Assembly: GCA_050575255.1 (NCBI GenBank)
Contig: JBNZDD010013730.1
Coordinates: 5,516,608-5,580,607, forward strand
From: Harriotta raleighana
Lineage: Eukaryota
Reading direction: 5' to 3'
Length of the DNA stretch: 64,000 nt
In this document: positions 12,108 to 26,283 of the stretch, one piece after another
Numbering within the stretch: the stretch's first letter is position 1
How the letters are laid out: each line of letters starts with the position of its first letter
Position numbers and translations under genes: made by a program
Notes under the pieces: generated by a model
What the model saw: only the letters and a program-made list of their open reading frames with translations
Database searches by the model: none
What the model was told of the DNA's origin: nothing

Positions 12108-13174
12108 CTGTAATGATAAGTTAGATATTCTCAGTGTGGTTTCAAAAATATATATTTTTTTTAACAGCAGCTCACGGCTCGCATTAACACATACCCATGT
12201 CTGGTAACTGCTGTGTTGAAATTGATTGCGATGTAGCCATGCAGGGACACGTACTGCTAATTGAAGTTGATAATATCCTGCCCACTCTAGCAAATCCAAA
12301 TTATCAGTCTAACTTCTTGCATGAAAACAGCCACAGTTCAGTAGCGAGGGTGTGCAGCAGGATTTGAATGTCTTATTATATCTAAATGTACTAAATGCAG
12401 ACCTCAATCTATGCATTTGACAGCATACATACGATTGAGCTCCACAGAGAATTATAGCAAAACTACCAGAACCAGTCCCATTATCCACAGCAGAAAACAG
12501 CACGTAGTTGAGAGAACATACAGAATGATACAATTGGATGACTGTTGATTGCAGTTGAAATGCTAAAAGGGATAGGGCAAATAAATGATGGGCTAAGGCG
12601 TTCTGCTGGCAAGATATATGCTGAGAGGAACTAGGCTCCTGTTAAGGCTGCAATATTTAACACAGAATGGATAATAACAGAATAATAGAGGCTGCCACTT
12701 GTCAGTATCCTTCTGGGGAGCATTACTATGCTTATCGAAATAAGCAGCATCTGAGTATTTGTGGTGTTAGCATGACATCAAAGGCAAAATAAATACGGTT
12801 TAAATTTACAATGAGTGAATCCAATGGAGCCATAAATCCTACATTCTCTTATTGCCAATTTTCCCTTTTCTTTCCTTCCTCATTGTCTTCAGAGTGTTCT
12901 GAAGCTTTTTCAGGAAACATTATTCCATGGCTGTTTCCTTTCTCCTCCCCCCCCCCACTCAACATGGGCATTCTTCAGGTGTGAGTGAAGATTTTGTGTT
13001 GCCATTGTGTATGAGGTTGNTCCCCCCCCCCCCCCCCCCACTCAACATGGGCATTCTTCAGGTGTGAGTGAAGATTTTGTGTTGCCATTGTGTATGAGGT
13101 TGGGAGGGGGGGGGGGGGGGGGGGGGGGGTGTTGGTCAGTAGGGTTTGCAAGGGAGGAAGCACATCACAGGTAA

Positions 13175-13420
13175 GCCCAATTATGCACTAACCTGAATGC
13201 CACACAAACACACTTTCGTGCTAGGTAATAGTCGGAGGGGACTGATTTTCCCTTCCTTGCCCAGGGCCAGTAACACCAGCCTTTACTCCCCAATGCCTAC
13301 CCAACTGAGATCAGCTCACCCAGCAAAGGCAGGGATTACAAACTAGATGACCTTCTGGTCTGAACGGTCGAGTGCTACACCAGGTGGTGCCTTTCCTCGC
13401 TTAGCTATTGGGAGAGCTCA
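13175..13420 (-). mobile_element. Old SINE family B, 5' part with a tRNA-like head
   Basis: The minus strand reads TAGCTAAGCGAGG...CAGACCAGAAGG...GCTGATCTCAGTTGGG...GGGAAAATCAG, matching the copies at 28.7 and 34.85 kb. Confidence 0.55.
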
Positions 13421-14212
13421 CACCTGTTTCTTTCATCCTCACAGCTGATCATAAAAAACAATGAATTGCAGGTTGTCAATGGTTCCAGCCCAGGCTATGT
13501 GGCTCACTATGCTACTTAACTCCCAAGGCTGTACACAACTGTAATATCTGATTATGCATGAAGCATGCAGGTGTTATTTAGCTGTAGTTTCAAGAACACT
13601 ATTGCTGCTTTGTAACTAATGCATCCTCTGCAGCAAGGTCTGTGACATCAAAGTGGAAGTACTGACAATTTGTGTTCCTTTTCAAGGTGCTTTTGGCTTT
13701 GTGGCTTGTGCCGTCAGATATTTTGTGCACCTGTAAGGAGTTTGATTGAAAGTTTAGGTTCCAGATCACTGTTCACTCCCAAAATAATGGTAGCACGAGG
13801 CCTGAAGATGTACCTGATATCAGACCACTTCTCTACCTACACTGAAGTGGTCAATTGGGATAATAAACCTCGAAATCTGTTGGGCACACATACAAGGGTG
13901 CACAGAGCATCGTTGTGTCATTGCAATCCACACAGTTCTTCCTGGAGTCAGAAGCCACTTGTTTCAAGAGGCAGATTCCAAAAAAGGATATGGGATAATG
14001 GGCACTGGGACATTCACCCGCTCAGCCTTCAGAGACCTTCCCCGCCTCTGCAGACAACCTCAGAAAATAAAAGTGACATTAATAGGCTTACAGCTGACGC
14101 AATGTAAATACTTTGGAAATTAACACATTAGCCAAGATTTCCCACAATCGAGGGCCCAACAATTTTGTGTTTTAATCACCACTGGATGGGATTTTAAAAG
14201 CTTGAAACAAAC

Positions 14213-14316
14213 CTTCTGAGCCACTTGATTTACCCAGTGTGAAGTACAGTTGCTCAGATCTGGGCCCTTAGGGTTCCACATTCCTGTGGTAATCACACAG
14301 AGATAAGAGGCAGTGC
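14213..14316 (-). CDS. ADGRL2: ADGRL2 exon, C-terminal half of the hormone-receptor motif (HRM)
   Basis: 104 bp with ends ttgcag|GC and AAG|gtttgt. Translates as (G)[34 protein letters not shown]. It is absent from the ORF track and was read manually. Confidence 0.94.
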
Positions 14317-15659
14317 CTGCAAGAGATAAAAGCAGAGCAAATGAGATAAACCTTCAATGTTTATTTTTGTGCATTTAAAACAGAATGATCTTCAAACAGA
14401 GGTTTAGCTTAAATATAAGGAAAAGGCACATTATTTAATATATATTACATATCTTGTACTTCCCTCTCCCTAGGAATAGTGAGTAATGGTATCCATGAAT
14501 AAAAGTGCATGCATAAAATTCTGGATTAAAATCCTGCAACACTGGCCAGTGTGTTGGAAGAAATCTATACTGTGCACAGTATTTAGATCTTTACTGCTTG
14601 TACAAAAGCCATTAGCACCAACCTATTCTTAATTGAGTAACTTAGTTTTTTTGTAGAACATGTGTGCGTCAGAATTCATTTAGCATATTTGGAGGAAGGA
14701 GGGTAGCTGTAAAAAAAAAAAAAAATCCATTCAAAATTATTGAACAAAATTAATGATGCAGATCCCATATAACAGTGGAGAATTGGACTGGTTATGTGCA
14801 GAAGGTCTTAAGCACATAATACTGGCAGAACCTTTGTGGTGCTTCAGCAGTGAATTGATGCTTTTAAGTTACTTACAGTTGTTAGTTTCTCCAATTATGA
14901 TCGATTGTCCATGCCCTGAAATGTCATTTACTTTGAGCCACACAATACACAAACCTTGAGAAGCTTGCTTGGTAATGATTTGATTGTTTTCAAGAAAGAA
15001 AATACACAACGGTTTTATGTAACCCAACATTGAACTTAGACACAATGGTCAAAGACGTAAAAAAGTGTGGCGAGGAATATTTGCTATGAACAATTACTAG
15101 TACCTTGGTGATCTTGCAATAACTTAGACTGGCCTATCCCCAGAGAACGATCCAGGATCTTAATGTAAGTACAGCTCCCTATAGACACAGACATTATTCA
15201 TGTGCCTCGTGGTGGGTCATGGCTTTAAGATAGATTCTATCCCTGGAGCATCAAGATAGATTATCTTAATGACAAATTGAAATTTCCACTATCAAGGCCT
15301 TTTGCGCTCCTAATGTAGATGCTAATATTGTATGGCTCCTTGTCTGACAGAGATTTTTCAAACTGGAAAAGAGAGTAGCATCACCTTTCAATGGATTTAG
15401 AGTCAAGAGGAGGAGAAAACCCTTCATATCAACTATTTAAACTTTCTGCCAGGATTCGAGACAAGTTTTGTTTTGCCCCCTTCCTTCTGCTACTCACCTT
15501 CAGTTTTTTCATTCAGATCCTGACATATTTGGATATCACAAGAAGGGAATGAAAACTATTTCCCCCATTGCATTAGGTAGCATGGGGCGTGGACCTGATG
15601 AATCTATACTACAAACATTAATCAACTCAATATCCAATATATTTAATGAGGAAAATAAA

Positions 15660-15920
15660 ATCTAGAACAGGGGCCTAAGATCTCAAGCTCAGCGGAGGAA
15701 AGAAGAACGGGCAGTTCAGATTTAATTACTTTATAGAGTGGTGACTATGTGGAAGAGATTGCCCAGGGAGGTGGTTGGAAGCAGATTTTGTCAGCAAATA
15801 AAAGAATGAATTGCACAGCTATGTGACAATTGAATTGAGGAGCCAGGTGGATTGTAGGGTTTCTTTTCTAAGTTTTGGAATCAGTCGGATGGATCCAAAC
15901 GAACATGTCCACTTCTGTAC
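15660..15920 (+). mobile_element. Degraded CR1 LINE 3' end
   Basis: The pattern TCTAGAACAGGGG...AGAGTGGTGACTATGTGGAA...TTGCCCAGGGAGGTGGT gives SRTRG...RVV..WN.LP..VV. Boundaries are approximate. Confidence 0.6.
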
Positions 15921-18900
15921 ATTTTTGTAATGTTATCTATAACAATTTGAAATGGACATAGTTGTACCTATTCTATTCTTTTGTTATATCATCTTGCTCT
16001 TTCTATTCAAAGAAGCTAGAATTATTTTCCACTTGGGTCTTAATGTTTGAGCATTTCTGTTAAAGCATTCTTCTGTGACTCATTGGTTAAGAGCCCCACT
16101 TACTAAACTATAAAGCCCAAATGGCTGTGAAGGGTGTGTTTATCCGACATTCTGTTATGATGCATTAAAGATGACTATGAAGCATAGAAAGATTTACTTC
16201 ACTTGGTCTCACAAAGGTAGCCATTCTAAGGCCATTATGGAAGTCCCTGTTCTCCTCCCAGAATTAACCCCTGATTTGCCACACACATTAAATGTTTCCC
16301 ACAGCCTAGATTGAGCTGATGTCTTCTTCCAACCAGACCTCTCCTGTCTTGCATTATCAGTGCTTGACTTAATTCCAATTGTATATCTTTTCTCTGTTTC
16401 TCAGGGGACTCCTCAATTAGGACTTTAATGAGACCTTATCTTCTCAACTGGAAAGGTTCCAGCATGTTCCTAGCACAGAATATTTAGTGGGTGTATTAAT
16501 TGGGGTCAGGTCTCAGTCTGCCAATTCCAATGTGGACACATCCTCCTCCAAGATTCTAGTTGATTTTTCGCTGGGTTTTTGAACATCCCAAGTCATGTGC
16601 TACTGCACTGTTGGACACCTAAGTCTTAAGTTGTTCTGCCTGGCTTCTACAGTGCATGTTATGTATGAGAACATATGAGATTTAGACAAACTCCATCACC
16701 TTCATCTAGCAACTTCACTGAGGCTCAGATGCAGTAGTCAGCTAGATGATTCCCACACAATCAAGTACAGGGTGAAGGACAACCAGAAAACATGGTAAAG
16801 GAATACATCTCGGGATGTTTATACTTCATTTTTATGTTGTAAATATAACAGTATGATTTGAAAAACCACAAATATAAAAAAAGTTCCACATAACTAAGCA
16901 ACCATCATTCAAACATTATGAAGGTCATAATTTAGCAGACTGATGTCAAAAGTATTTTGTAAAAAATGAAAGTTTAATTACTTGTTGATCCCTATGACTG
17001 CATTAAGCTACAATTTTAAACCAACTTTGAAGATAATCTTTTTAACTCTAGCCAGTTTCAGTGTTTCTTTTAATTCTAATAACTACATGCTTTCCAAAGC
17101 TTCTCCTTGAAGACGTTTGGTGAAAATAAATGATTGCCACCTGTTCCTTCTGCTTCCTGATGTTTGGTAAATTATTAAAGCCTTATTTCAGCTAAAGGCA
17201 TTATGGTCATCAAAATGGAGGAATCATCCAATTAAATGTAAAGCACAATCATCCTGTTGAGAGGTTTCCTATGCCAGCCATGATACATCTGGAGATAAAT
17301 GATGTAAATCAGGAATTGATGGTCTGGATGCAGAAGAGACACCGCCAGTAGTTATATGTAAGATTGCCTGGCAAGCATTCACAGAGACACTGGATTGGTA
17401 AGTACATATCCTTTGAGTTTAAAAGCAGATTGGCAATCTACCTGTAGCTCATGTGGTAATACAGTATGCCCAGTTATTCTGAGGTAAAAGTAATGGCCAA
17501 CTCCTCCCTTTGTTTAGCGGGTGCTTCGTACTTCTCCCACTGAGAAGCACTGTGACAGCACGAACACATTGTCATGGTCATTTAGACACTGCAACAGTGC
17601 ATCTGGAAATGTGTACAGTGCTTGCTATTCACCACCATTGCTGTTTTGAGCAGGTTCTTTATGATACATGCACATTTCCTGACCCCGGTTTACCTCCTTA
17701 GTTTAAACGTTTTGTTTGCACAGCACCATCAAATTCTAACTTGAAATTCCTGAACCCGGAATCTTAGCATTAAATCTTTTGACATTGTCTTGCAAATAAC
17801 TTGAAGCTTTACTCTGCTCTGACGTTCTTCAGCTTCAAAACTAAAATTGCACACAAGCACATCCTAATACACCATTGCCCCATTAACTCTCTGTTATTGA
17901 TATTTTGAAAGAAGCTTATTTTCCACCACCCAAGGAAGTGTGGAGAATTATCCTGCTTTGAAAAATATTCTCCAATAATGCCAGCCACATTTGTGGCTAT
18001 CTGATTGAGACTATGTTTCACTTTTTTTTTAAAATCTTAAGGTTTTATTAAAATCTTAAAATCGAGGAATGAAGTTGTCATACACTTGCTGATTTATCTG
18101 GGTCAAGAATTGAGAGAAACTCGCGGAATACTGTTGAGTTGGCGGTCTGCTGCAAAACCGCAATGGTCAAAAACTGAAAACTTTTTTTGTAAGGAGACTG
18201 GGACTGAACTCCAGCATTTCAGAAAATAAGTGAGTGATGCTTTATAAGGGTTTTGCTCCTATCACTGCTTTAGTCTTGAAGCAGCTTGTTCTGAATAGGT
18301 GTTTCAAACGGTGTGAGATGAGCCATGAAGGAAGGTTCATTAACAAACATACATTCTTCTGTACAGTGCAAATTTGTTGCTAGGCTATTTCTAATTTTTA
18401 ATCTTGATTTATTAGCAATACTCAAAATAATAAGAGTGTCATATGTGATGAGCAGGGCATTGTTGTGTCTTCCTCTGCAAATGACAGTAGTAAAGGAAAT
18501 TCAAGACACATCAATCCAGTTTTCCAAATGTTACCACGGATCTACAAAGTGGTATGTTGATATGCAGATCTTAAAAGTCTCTTTAGGCATATTAAGGCTA
18601 TTCACGCTTCATATCATAACAAAGATTTAACATAAAAATAAGCAATTACTGTCAGCAAACTAAAAATACCAACTTAGTGATCATTCAGCAACAGATCCAA
18701 TTAATGTAAACATGGTAGAAATATTGCCTTGTTTTAAAAATTGCAACACTTGTCACTGATGGACAAGATTTGTGTAACACTTCCATTATAACACTATAAC
18801 AGTTTAGGGAATGAAACACGGTGTAAAGTTGTGATCATATACTCCAGTCACAGTACCCAATGTACTATCCAACAAGCAAGAAGAATAGGACAAGGCAGGA

Positions 18901-20383
18901 GGTTAATAAACAGAAAGCTTTACAAGATAAAGGCTCCAGTAAATTACCTGACCTCAGCAGAGAAGGTGGGTATAAGGAGGTTGGGGGGGCCACAAAATGA
19001 ACCAAAGCTTTTGAAATGATGGCCACTCTCTGTTGATTCTAACTGCTTTGCCGTTGACTATTAAAAGTGACAGCAGTCATTAGTTTTTTGGGGGCAACTG
19101 GGTATTTCCAAGCACCATGAAAGAGATTTAGAGCAGGTGACCACCCGTACTAAAGTGGTGACTGATGCACTCTTCCAGAGCCTGTCAGGTTCATTAGTCT
19201 CGCAGTGTAGTGAAACAATGAATCATACAGCAAGAAAGATATGTCACTGCTGACATTCCCCAAGTGCTGGATATGGTCACCTGCACCAATGTACAATATG
19301 AAGGCCAGTCAATTTGACGCCATCCATCAACTGTGAGGATTTCTATTCCCTTAACAGGGACGTGAGTTGAAGAGCCTAGAAAATTATCCTCTTGGTGACT
19401 GCCAATTACTTGAGGGTCAACCACACAAGACACTTCTTTCATCCTTAGTTTCATGTTGATTTGAATATGATAAATGACTCCATTGTAGCTTCCGAGAGGA
19501 CCACAGTAACGGCATAAAACTTCAGCTCTGTCATAAGACCAAGGTCCTGTGGCACCACCATCAAACACAAGCTGATCAAAAGTACCGAACACTGTGATCA
19601 CTGCTGGAAGCTGTGGTTTAAACGGAAAGTACCACATGTTTAAGAGGAAACGTCATGAACACATTGGGAAAAGTGAATGGGAGGTATATGAGAGGGAATT
19701 AAGAGGGAAGGAAGCTCATATTGACAGAAATGTGCTACATGACGATGAAAGGAGATTTCCTCCTGGCATGAGTGAAAAATAGACCTTATGCCCTTGTAAT
19801 GTATTTTGTGAGACTTTTATATAGCTTTCACCAGAGATTGATGAACTAGCATTAGCAAGTGATACACAAGACCATGTTGTTGCAACCAATGCTCAAAAAA
19901 TATTAGAATCTGTTTCTGTAGTACTGTATCCCAGACTAATGAACCCGATAGCTTCTAGAAGAATGTTACCACTTTAGCACAGGTCACCTGCTCTAATCTC
20001 TTCTGAGTTTACACTTGGTCCACATTTTCAATCAACTCTGCATGCAGCACTACTGCACTGTGATTTAGAGAGCCATGGGCCTTATGCTCTTAGCTGTAAT
20101 TATTAATGATATCCATTGATCAGTACTCTAAAGAAACTGACAGCAGGATGTTAATATGCAGTGTCAATGCCTTTGCTATAAATGCCTTCAAAACCCTAAA
20201 AATTGCTTAAATCCAAATGTTGGTAACAATTCAGCTTTAAAATTATCCTTACATTGAATTTAAATTAATCTGCACAAACAAATACAATTTTGTGTAATAC
20301 AGTAGTTAGAAACCCAACAAATTAACACTATCCAACACTGTTATACACTGATTCATTATAGGAAATATAATCATATCTCTTAC

Positions 20384-20683
20384 CTCGGGTTCCCTTAGGA
20401 CAAGGGCGTTCAACTAGGATGCCTCTCTGTGACTCAGGCCAACCTATTTCTCTGGCTTTAGTGGCCTCACAAAATCTCTCTGGGATAGGAAAGAAACTGG
20501 ATTCTGGAGGAGTTTTAGTCCCAGTTTCAGCAGGGCCAGCTTTAGGCCTACGACTGCCTGCCTTTCCACCTCCAGCTATGCTTGCGGTCATCAGACCTTT
20601 CTCTGAAGTGGTTGATGTTGTGGTTATCACTGTGGTTTTCACAATGGCTGGATTTGAGGTGGTTGTTTCAACAGTGGTCGGCA
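20384..20683 (-). CDS. ADGRL2: ADGRL2 exon, Ser/Thr-rich linker and N-terminal HRM
   Basis: 300 bp with ends tttcag|TG and CGA G|gtaaga, phase 1 to 1. Translates as (V)PTTVETTTSNPAIVKTT...PIPERFCEATKAREIGWPESQRGILVERPCPKGTR. Confidence 0.94.
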
Positions 20684-22294
20684 CTGAAAAAAAAACGGAA
20701 TACATAAACAAAATGTATTTCTTTTGACAATTTCTACTCAAATATCTACGGGAAAAAAAACAGTAGCAAGCCAGAGTAAAAATGTTTAGTTTAATTGGAG
20801 CAGCACAAAAATTGTGACATGCTAAATACATCAGAATGGGATAAAAGATTTTTCCAGGTCACAAGATATGATTTACTTGTATTGATTATGACTCATACGG
20901 CATTAAATAATTAAGAAAGTGAAGTAATCTAGCTAGTGTTGTATAAAGTAGGACATTCAAGAAATTCTCGTTTTACATCATGTTTCAGTAACTTAATTCA
21001 GCACCTTACAGGAAAATAATTAATGTAACATCTTCCCACCCTGCAGCCATTTGTGTTTGAGGGCTTGTGAGCATGCCTGATTAAACTTTAAAAAGCCTGA
21101 GTGGGAATTGATTCCTTCACCGTCAGAATATACATCACTTCTCAAAATATCCTGATTGGAAAACCATGGAAGAAGGAATTCAATTCTAACGAGAGTAATT
21201 CTAAAACTCATCCTTGCATTTAAATTAGCACCTTTCATGTCGGGACCGCTTTTTAGTGCGCTTCGCAGAAGTTACTGTAAAAGTTAGTAACTGTGAATTT
21301 TGTAGGGGAATGCGGTAGCCAATGTGTGCTCAGGAATGTGCCACAACAGCCATGAAGTGAATGGCCAATTTTATCCTGGGGGTTATTGGCCAGGATCCTG
21401 GGAAAAAAAAACTCGCAGAAGTAATATCTCAACTTGAGGGCAATTTGGCTCAGCCAGATACCACTTGGAATGCTGATTTTCAGTATTGAATTGCTAACTC
21501 TTTTCTCTCGTTCTTCAGTGTTGTAACCCTTATTGCTCCTTCCCTGAAGTTGCTGACTTATGCAACAGTAGTCTACCAGTGCCTTGTCCAAGTAATCATT
21601 TGTTTCTGCTTGACCCTACACAGCGAGTGTGAATAGTTGATTCAAAGCCTTCAGTTCCCCATACCAGATGGGATCCCAGGCGAGCACAGAACATTGTTCA
21701 AACTTGTGACTATTGAGGTCTATATTGTACTACAAAGAAAGTTTATCCATTTGTGAGAGTTTTAGATTGCCTTTATACATCTGGAGCACATGTGCAACAA
21801 AGTCATGCATTGACCCGACACATTTGCTTATACAGTTCACAAAATATATAAGATGTATTTGCTTCACAAAACATAAATTTTGACTGGTTTTTTCCCATAG
21901 ACTAGATCTTCAGGTCATGGTGCTACTGGCGTGATAATATCAAGACTCTTGCTCATACATGAAACTTTATTGGGTCTGATGACTACAGCTTTTTTCATTA
22001 GAGTCAACTTTCCTCCAGGAGGTGACAGAAGACCCAACTATCAAGAGGTTCACCCAAACATGGGAACAGGGAAACCAGGGGTTTTGTTTTACCAGTTGCC
22101 TACAGAGAGAGGCAGACTTGCTTCTAGATGTAAACTCAAAGTCTGAAGGCAGCTTAAGAAGGAGGTTAAAAAAATGAATAAATGTTTTCCCACGAGGATG
22201 TGCTGTACTAGAGGTGAAACACTTCCATCTTTCTTCATGTGGATTTGAAAGAAGTAAATGAATGGTTCTGTGCACCAAGCTTTGTTCCAATTTT

Positions 22295-22660
22295 CTTCTC
22301 CGCTGAAGGAAACAACTCATGCTGAGGTGTTTTGCCCAAGTGGCCAATATTCGTGTGCAAGCCTTCCTCGCTAGTGATTTTCTGGCTTCTTGTTTGATTC
22401 TGGGGAGCTGAGTTGATTCTGTCCTCACCAGTCTTTGACACACATCCACTTTCCAGCAGGGGTCAGTAGATAGATAGCAATCCACAGAGGAAGCACCTTC
22501 ACTAATCTTCCCCCTCGCGAGCTCTACTGAAGCCAATTATACAGCTCCATATAACCCCCTCCCCACCCCTGCATTCTCACATTCTTCCCCTGACTGAAAC
22601 CAGCAAACTCATCACATTTGGATAGGGATCAAACTTAGGATGTCAATGATCTGTATGGTT
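22295..22660 (-). mobile_element. Old SINE family B copy
   Basis: The minus strand reads TGACCCCTGCTGGAAAGTGG...GGTGAGGACAGAATC...GGCTTGCACACGAATATTGGCCACTTGGGCAA. Confidence 0.6.
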
Positions 22661-24128
22661 TTATGCCAGACTTAAAATATAATACTCCTTTTCTTTACTG
22701 TCCCTTCACCCAATTGTCAGATGAAAATGCTCTGCACTGTGCTTGAAAGTTAATGGCTTTCTTCAGCATTGATGCCTGACAATTCATTATTTGTTCCTTT
22801 GTACAGTTAGTTTGGAGACCAAATCGAGCTGACCAGGCTAATTTCCTTCCATATTATCTACCGCTGTGCAGTGCAGTCTAAAGTTACTGGAGTAATAAGT
22901 CACAGGACCCAACTTTGTCCTGTAGCAATAATGATGACAATATTATAATCTCTGAACTAGAACTTCAACTATCAGAATTTGTCAGCTTCAAAAGTTGGGA
23001 ATTAAACTGCTACTGATGTTGCAGTTATCATTGCATGGATGATATTCTTATACTGCCACTACCATACATCTCAAACACCAAAGTCCTGAACACATGTCTT
23101 GTTTTGAATGGCTGCTTCCATTGATTGCTTGAGAGTTGCATGTCTAAGCTAGTTGACACTTCATGCCTGACTGACCGCTACAGAAAGCCATTGGAAGCTG
23201 TCTGCACTCTTCTCTGCAAGTGCTTGTTTGACATCTCCTGAAGTCCCTGTAATTTTCTTTTGATTAAAACATAACCCAACTTTTCGGCTGGAAAACCAGA
23301 GTGCTCGCTCAATTAAGATTTGTCAAAGTCTATCGCAGAGGTGTCAGGTAATTGGTGGCAAACCAGTTCTGCTCATGAAAGGATGGACACATTAGGCCTA
23401 TCATTAGACATTATGAATTTTGAATTTCATATCACACTTAAATAATCAGTAGATTTTTAATACAATAAACTTGCGTTAATAGTACTGTCAACTAAATAGA
23501 CCCATGCAAAAACAAAACATCTTTTGAATGCTTTATGCTCTCTTAAGACAGCAAGCAGCTTGAAAGCATGATGAAGAGACAAAAAAAATCAATATTGGTT
23601 GCCTGCAAGAATCGCTTGCCTGCAACAGAAAAGCCGTTTGCAACAATTTAGTGAAACTATCGAGATAAATCAACATGGAAAATATAAACAACTTTGTTTA
23701 TCCATTTTATGTCATAAAACAAAGCAAGCTTGTATTTTTAATCCCTTGAAGGTTGTTATTGGGAAGCAGTGCATTTAGATGCGTACTTCTGTAATGCCAA
23801 TTATTATTATGCAGTCTCTCAAGGGATAAACATCCTTGATGTCTAATTTTAAGATACCTGATTAGTAATCTACTAAATTTGGTAAACAAGATATCTCTTC
23901 TCCCAGGACACAACCAGACCAAAGAGTTCCTCTAACAGCAGAGAGCACACCTATGAAGGAAGTTGAATTTCAACTACATATTTTTATATACAGCAATTAA
24001 TTAACCTGCAAATAAAGGCTACCTTGTAAGTATTTGTAATCGGCTGGGTCCTTTACCATTAAGTTTAGCAGAATAATTTGGATAATATATTGTCACATTT
24101 TCACAAAAGATGTTTGGAAGATAGATCT

Positions 24129-24399
24129 CAAGCCTGACCTGTGTTCGAATCCAGGCCGGGTGAAACCAAGTTTCCTTACTCCACATGCCTAATAATAATC
24201 CCTCAAAAAACAATGATAAAAAAATTGGTCATTTCAATCTACGACTGTTTGTGCGACACTGCTGTGCACAATTGGCTGCTGTGTTTCGTCCACAAATATG
24301 CAGTCAATTCACTTTACAGTATAGTCTGTGAAGTGCTTTGAGACGTCTGGAAGACGTGAAAGCATTATATCAAATGCAAGGATTATTATTTATATTATT
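24129..24399 (+). mobile_element. SINE family A, 5'-truncated copy
   Basis: Has box B GTTCGAATCC and the same core and (ATT)n tail as 8138-8453. Confidence 0.87.
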
Positions 24400-25482
24400 A
24401 TAAGACAAAGGCCCTTTGGCCTTTATGAAAACAATCACGGAAGTTATGTGTAGAGGCTGTATCCACATGACGATATAATAAACTGTGATCATTACTGTGA
24501 TCTATAGGAGGAATTAGTGATAAGTCTACATTAAAGACTGAATGTTAGCCTAATTCAAGCTAGGCATATTTAAAACTTTTCAGTTAAAATGAGAAAGTGA
24601 TCTGCAAGGTAACTCAGTGGATACCGGTATAAACTACTCTAAACAATGTTATACTTTGGAGCTTAACATTTATAGAGATAGTAAAGCATTGAACATTGTT
24701 AATCAATGTCGTCTAAGGCTGGCTGATTCTTCCAGATAAATGATCCTTCACTGATTCCTGGCCTCTCTCGCCTCCTGCACTGTCACAACCTTTCTTATCT
24801 TTCGTGTTATTTTATACATCTAAAATTCGCTGTCCTTCTGAACTCCCCGGTCTTGTTCTTCCCAAGATTCTAATAAGTCATTTGCTCATTCTGCTCTCTG
24901 TGATGAATCAGACAGAGCTCATCGCCTACTCCTTCACATGACCAGCACTTGGACCTCATCCTCCTCAATCTTTGCTCCCTCGTAAATCTGCATAAACCTG
25001 AAAATTGGCATTTCCCAGCCATGTTTTGATTTAGCTTGTTTTGCTTCTTCCTTGTCTACCTCTTGTGTCATTGCTTCTGGGTTCTTAAGTTTCTTTGCTC
25101 TGTCTGTGTGTCTTCCATTTTTCTTTCCATTTTGAATGTGATGGGAGAAAACTGGCAAAGGTTTTTGAGAAAGAAAGCACTACTATGAAGGATATCAATT
25201 GTTTCGGACGTGGAGAGCAGAACACTTTAGAGCTGCTGAAGCCACATTCTGTTTTCAAAATGTAATATGTTTACAGTAATTTAAGATCCAAATAATACAG
25301 TTTTTTCTACCTTCTTATTCGGTGAAAACACAAAGTGTTTGTACATCTACAATGATAATAATCATGCAAGGTTCACAAGCTAAAAAATTTTCAACTTTAT
25401 GTTAATTTTCTTATCCAGTCTATGAGAAGAAGAGAATTCTAACTTAAAAAAGGATGTGTTACAGGTATAAGATGATTCTTAC

Positions 25483-26283
25483 CTTGCCCAGGGTCAGGGG
25501 GACCAAATTCCAGTGAATACCTCAGGATGAAATTATTATTCCATACGTAGAGCTGGTTGTCTCTTGGGTTGTAATCCACAGCAGCTATGTGCTGGTATTG
25601 GTTTGGAAATTGAATATCCACAAATTCCTCTTTGTTTAGGTTGGTGTTGTATATATAATCTATCGAGTTCTTCCCCGTTTCGCTCTCGTTGTCTTCATAA
25701 ACTGATCGCACTACGTATAAAACGCCACATATCATGAACGCATTCGATGCCGTTCGCTTGTCGTACGACGTGTCCCAGGTGCCTTCAAAGCGGAGAGTGT
25801 AAGGGTTCAGTTGGCTGATTACCATCATTCCGTTGTTCTGCTCTGTGGCATAAATGACCCACAAGCCATTTTCATCCACTGCTAAATCTATGTCTGACTT
25901 GCCCCCCCAACGATAGGGTGAGGTGTCGTGATAGTTGGCATTGGCAATGATAGCTTCCCCACTTTTGATCCTAGTTCTCAAGTCATATTTCACAATATTC
26001 CTCGTCCTTTCTTTGTTGAAAAACACAGCGCCGTCGTATACCACAAAGCCAGTGCCATCAACCCGGTGGGGCAGTTTGTAAGTTGTTGTGGGACGTCCAG
26101 AAGTGAAATCTTGTACTGAAGCATATTCCATCAAAGTGTCTGTGCGATAAGGTGTCCATGGCATGTAGTAGATTTTGTCCCCAGCCTGAAGTGGGTCTTT
26201 ACACCAGGCACCAGACTGCTGCTCAGCCTCAGTTACGTAGGCCGAATCCACAACTGCTTTCAGAGTTCCAGGACAAACAAAAA
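25483..26283 (-). CDS. ADGRL2: ADGRL2 olfactomedin-domain exon
   Basis: 801 bp with ends ttttag|TT and CAA G|gtaaga, phase 1 to 1. Translates as [15 protein letters not shown]...[27 protein letters not shown]...[12 protein letters not shown]. Confidence 0.97.

Noticed and set aside
21967-22536. 189-aa minus-strand ORF
   Set aside because: Its 5' part is a SINE family B copy and it has no recognisable domain.
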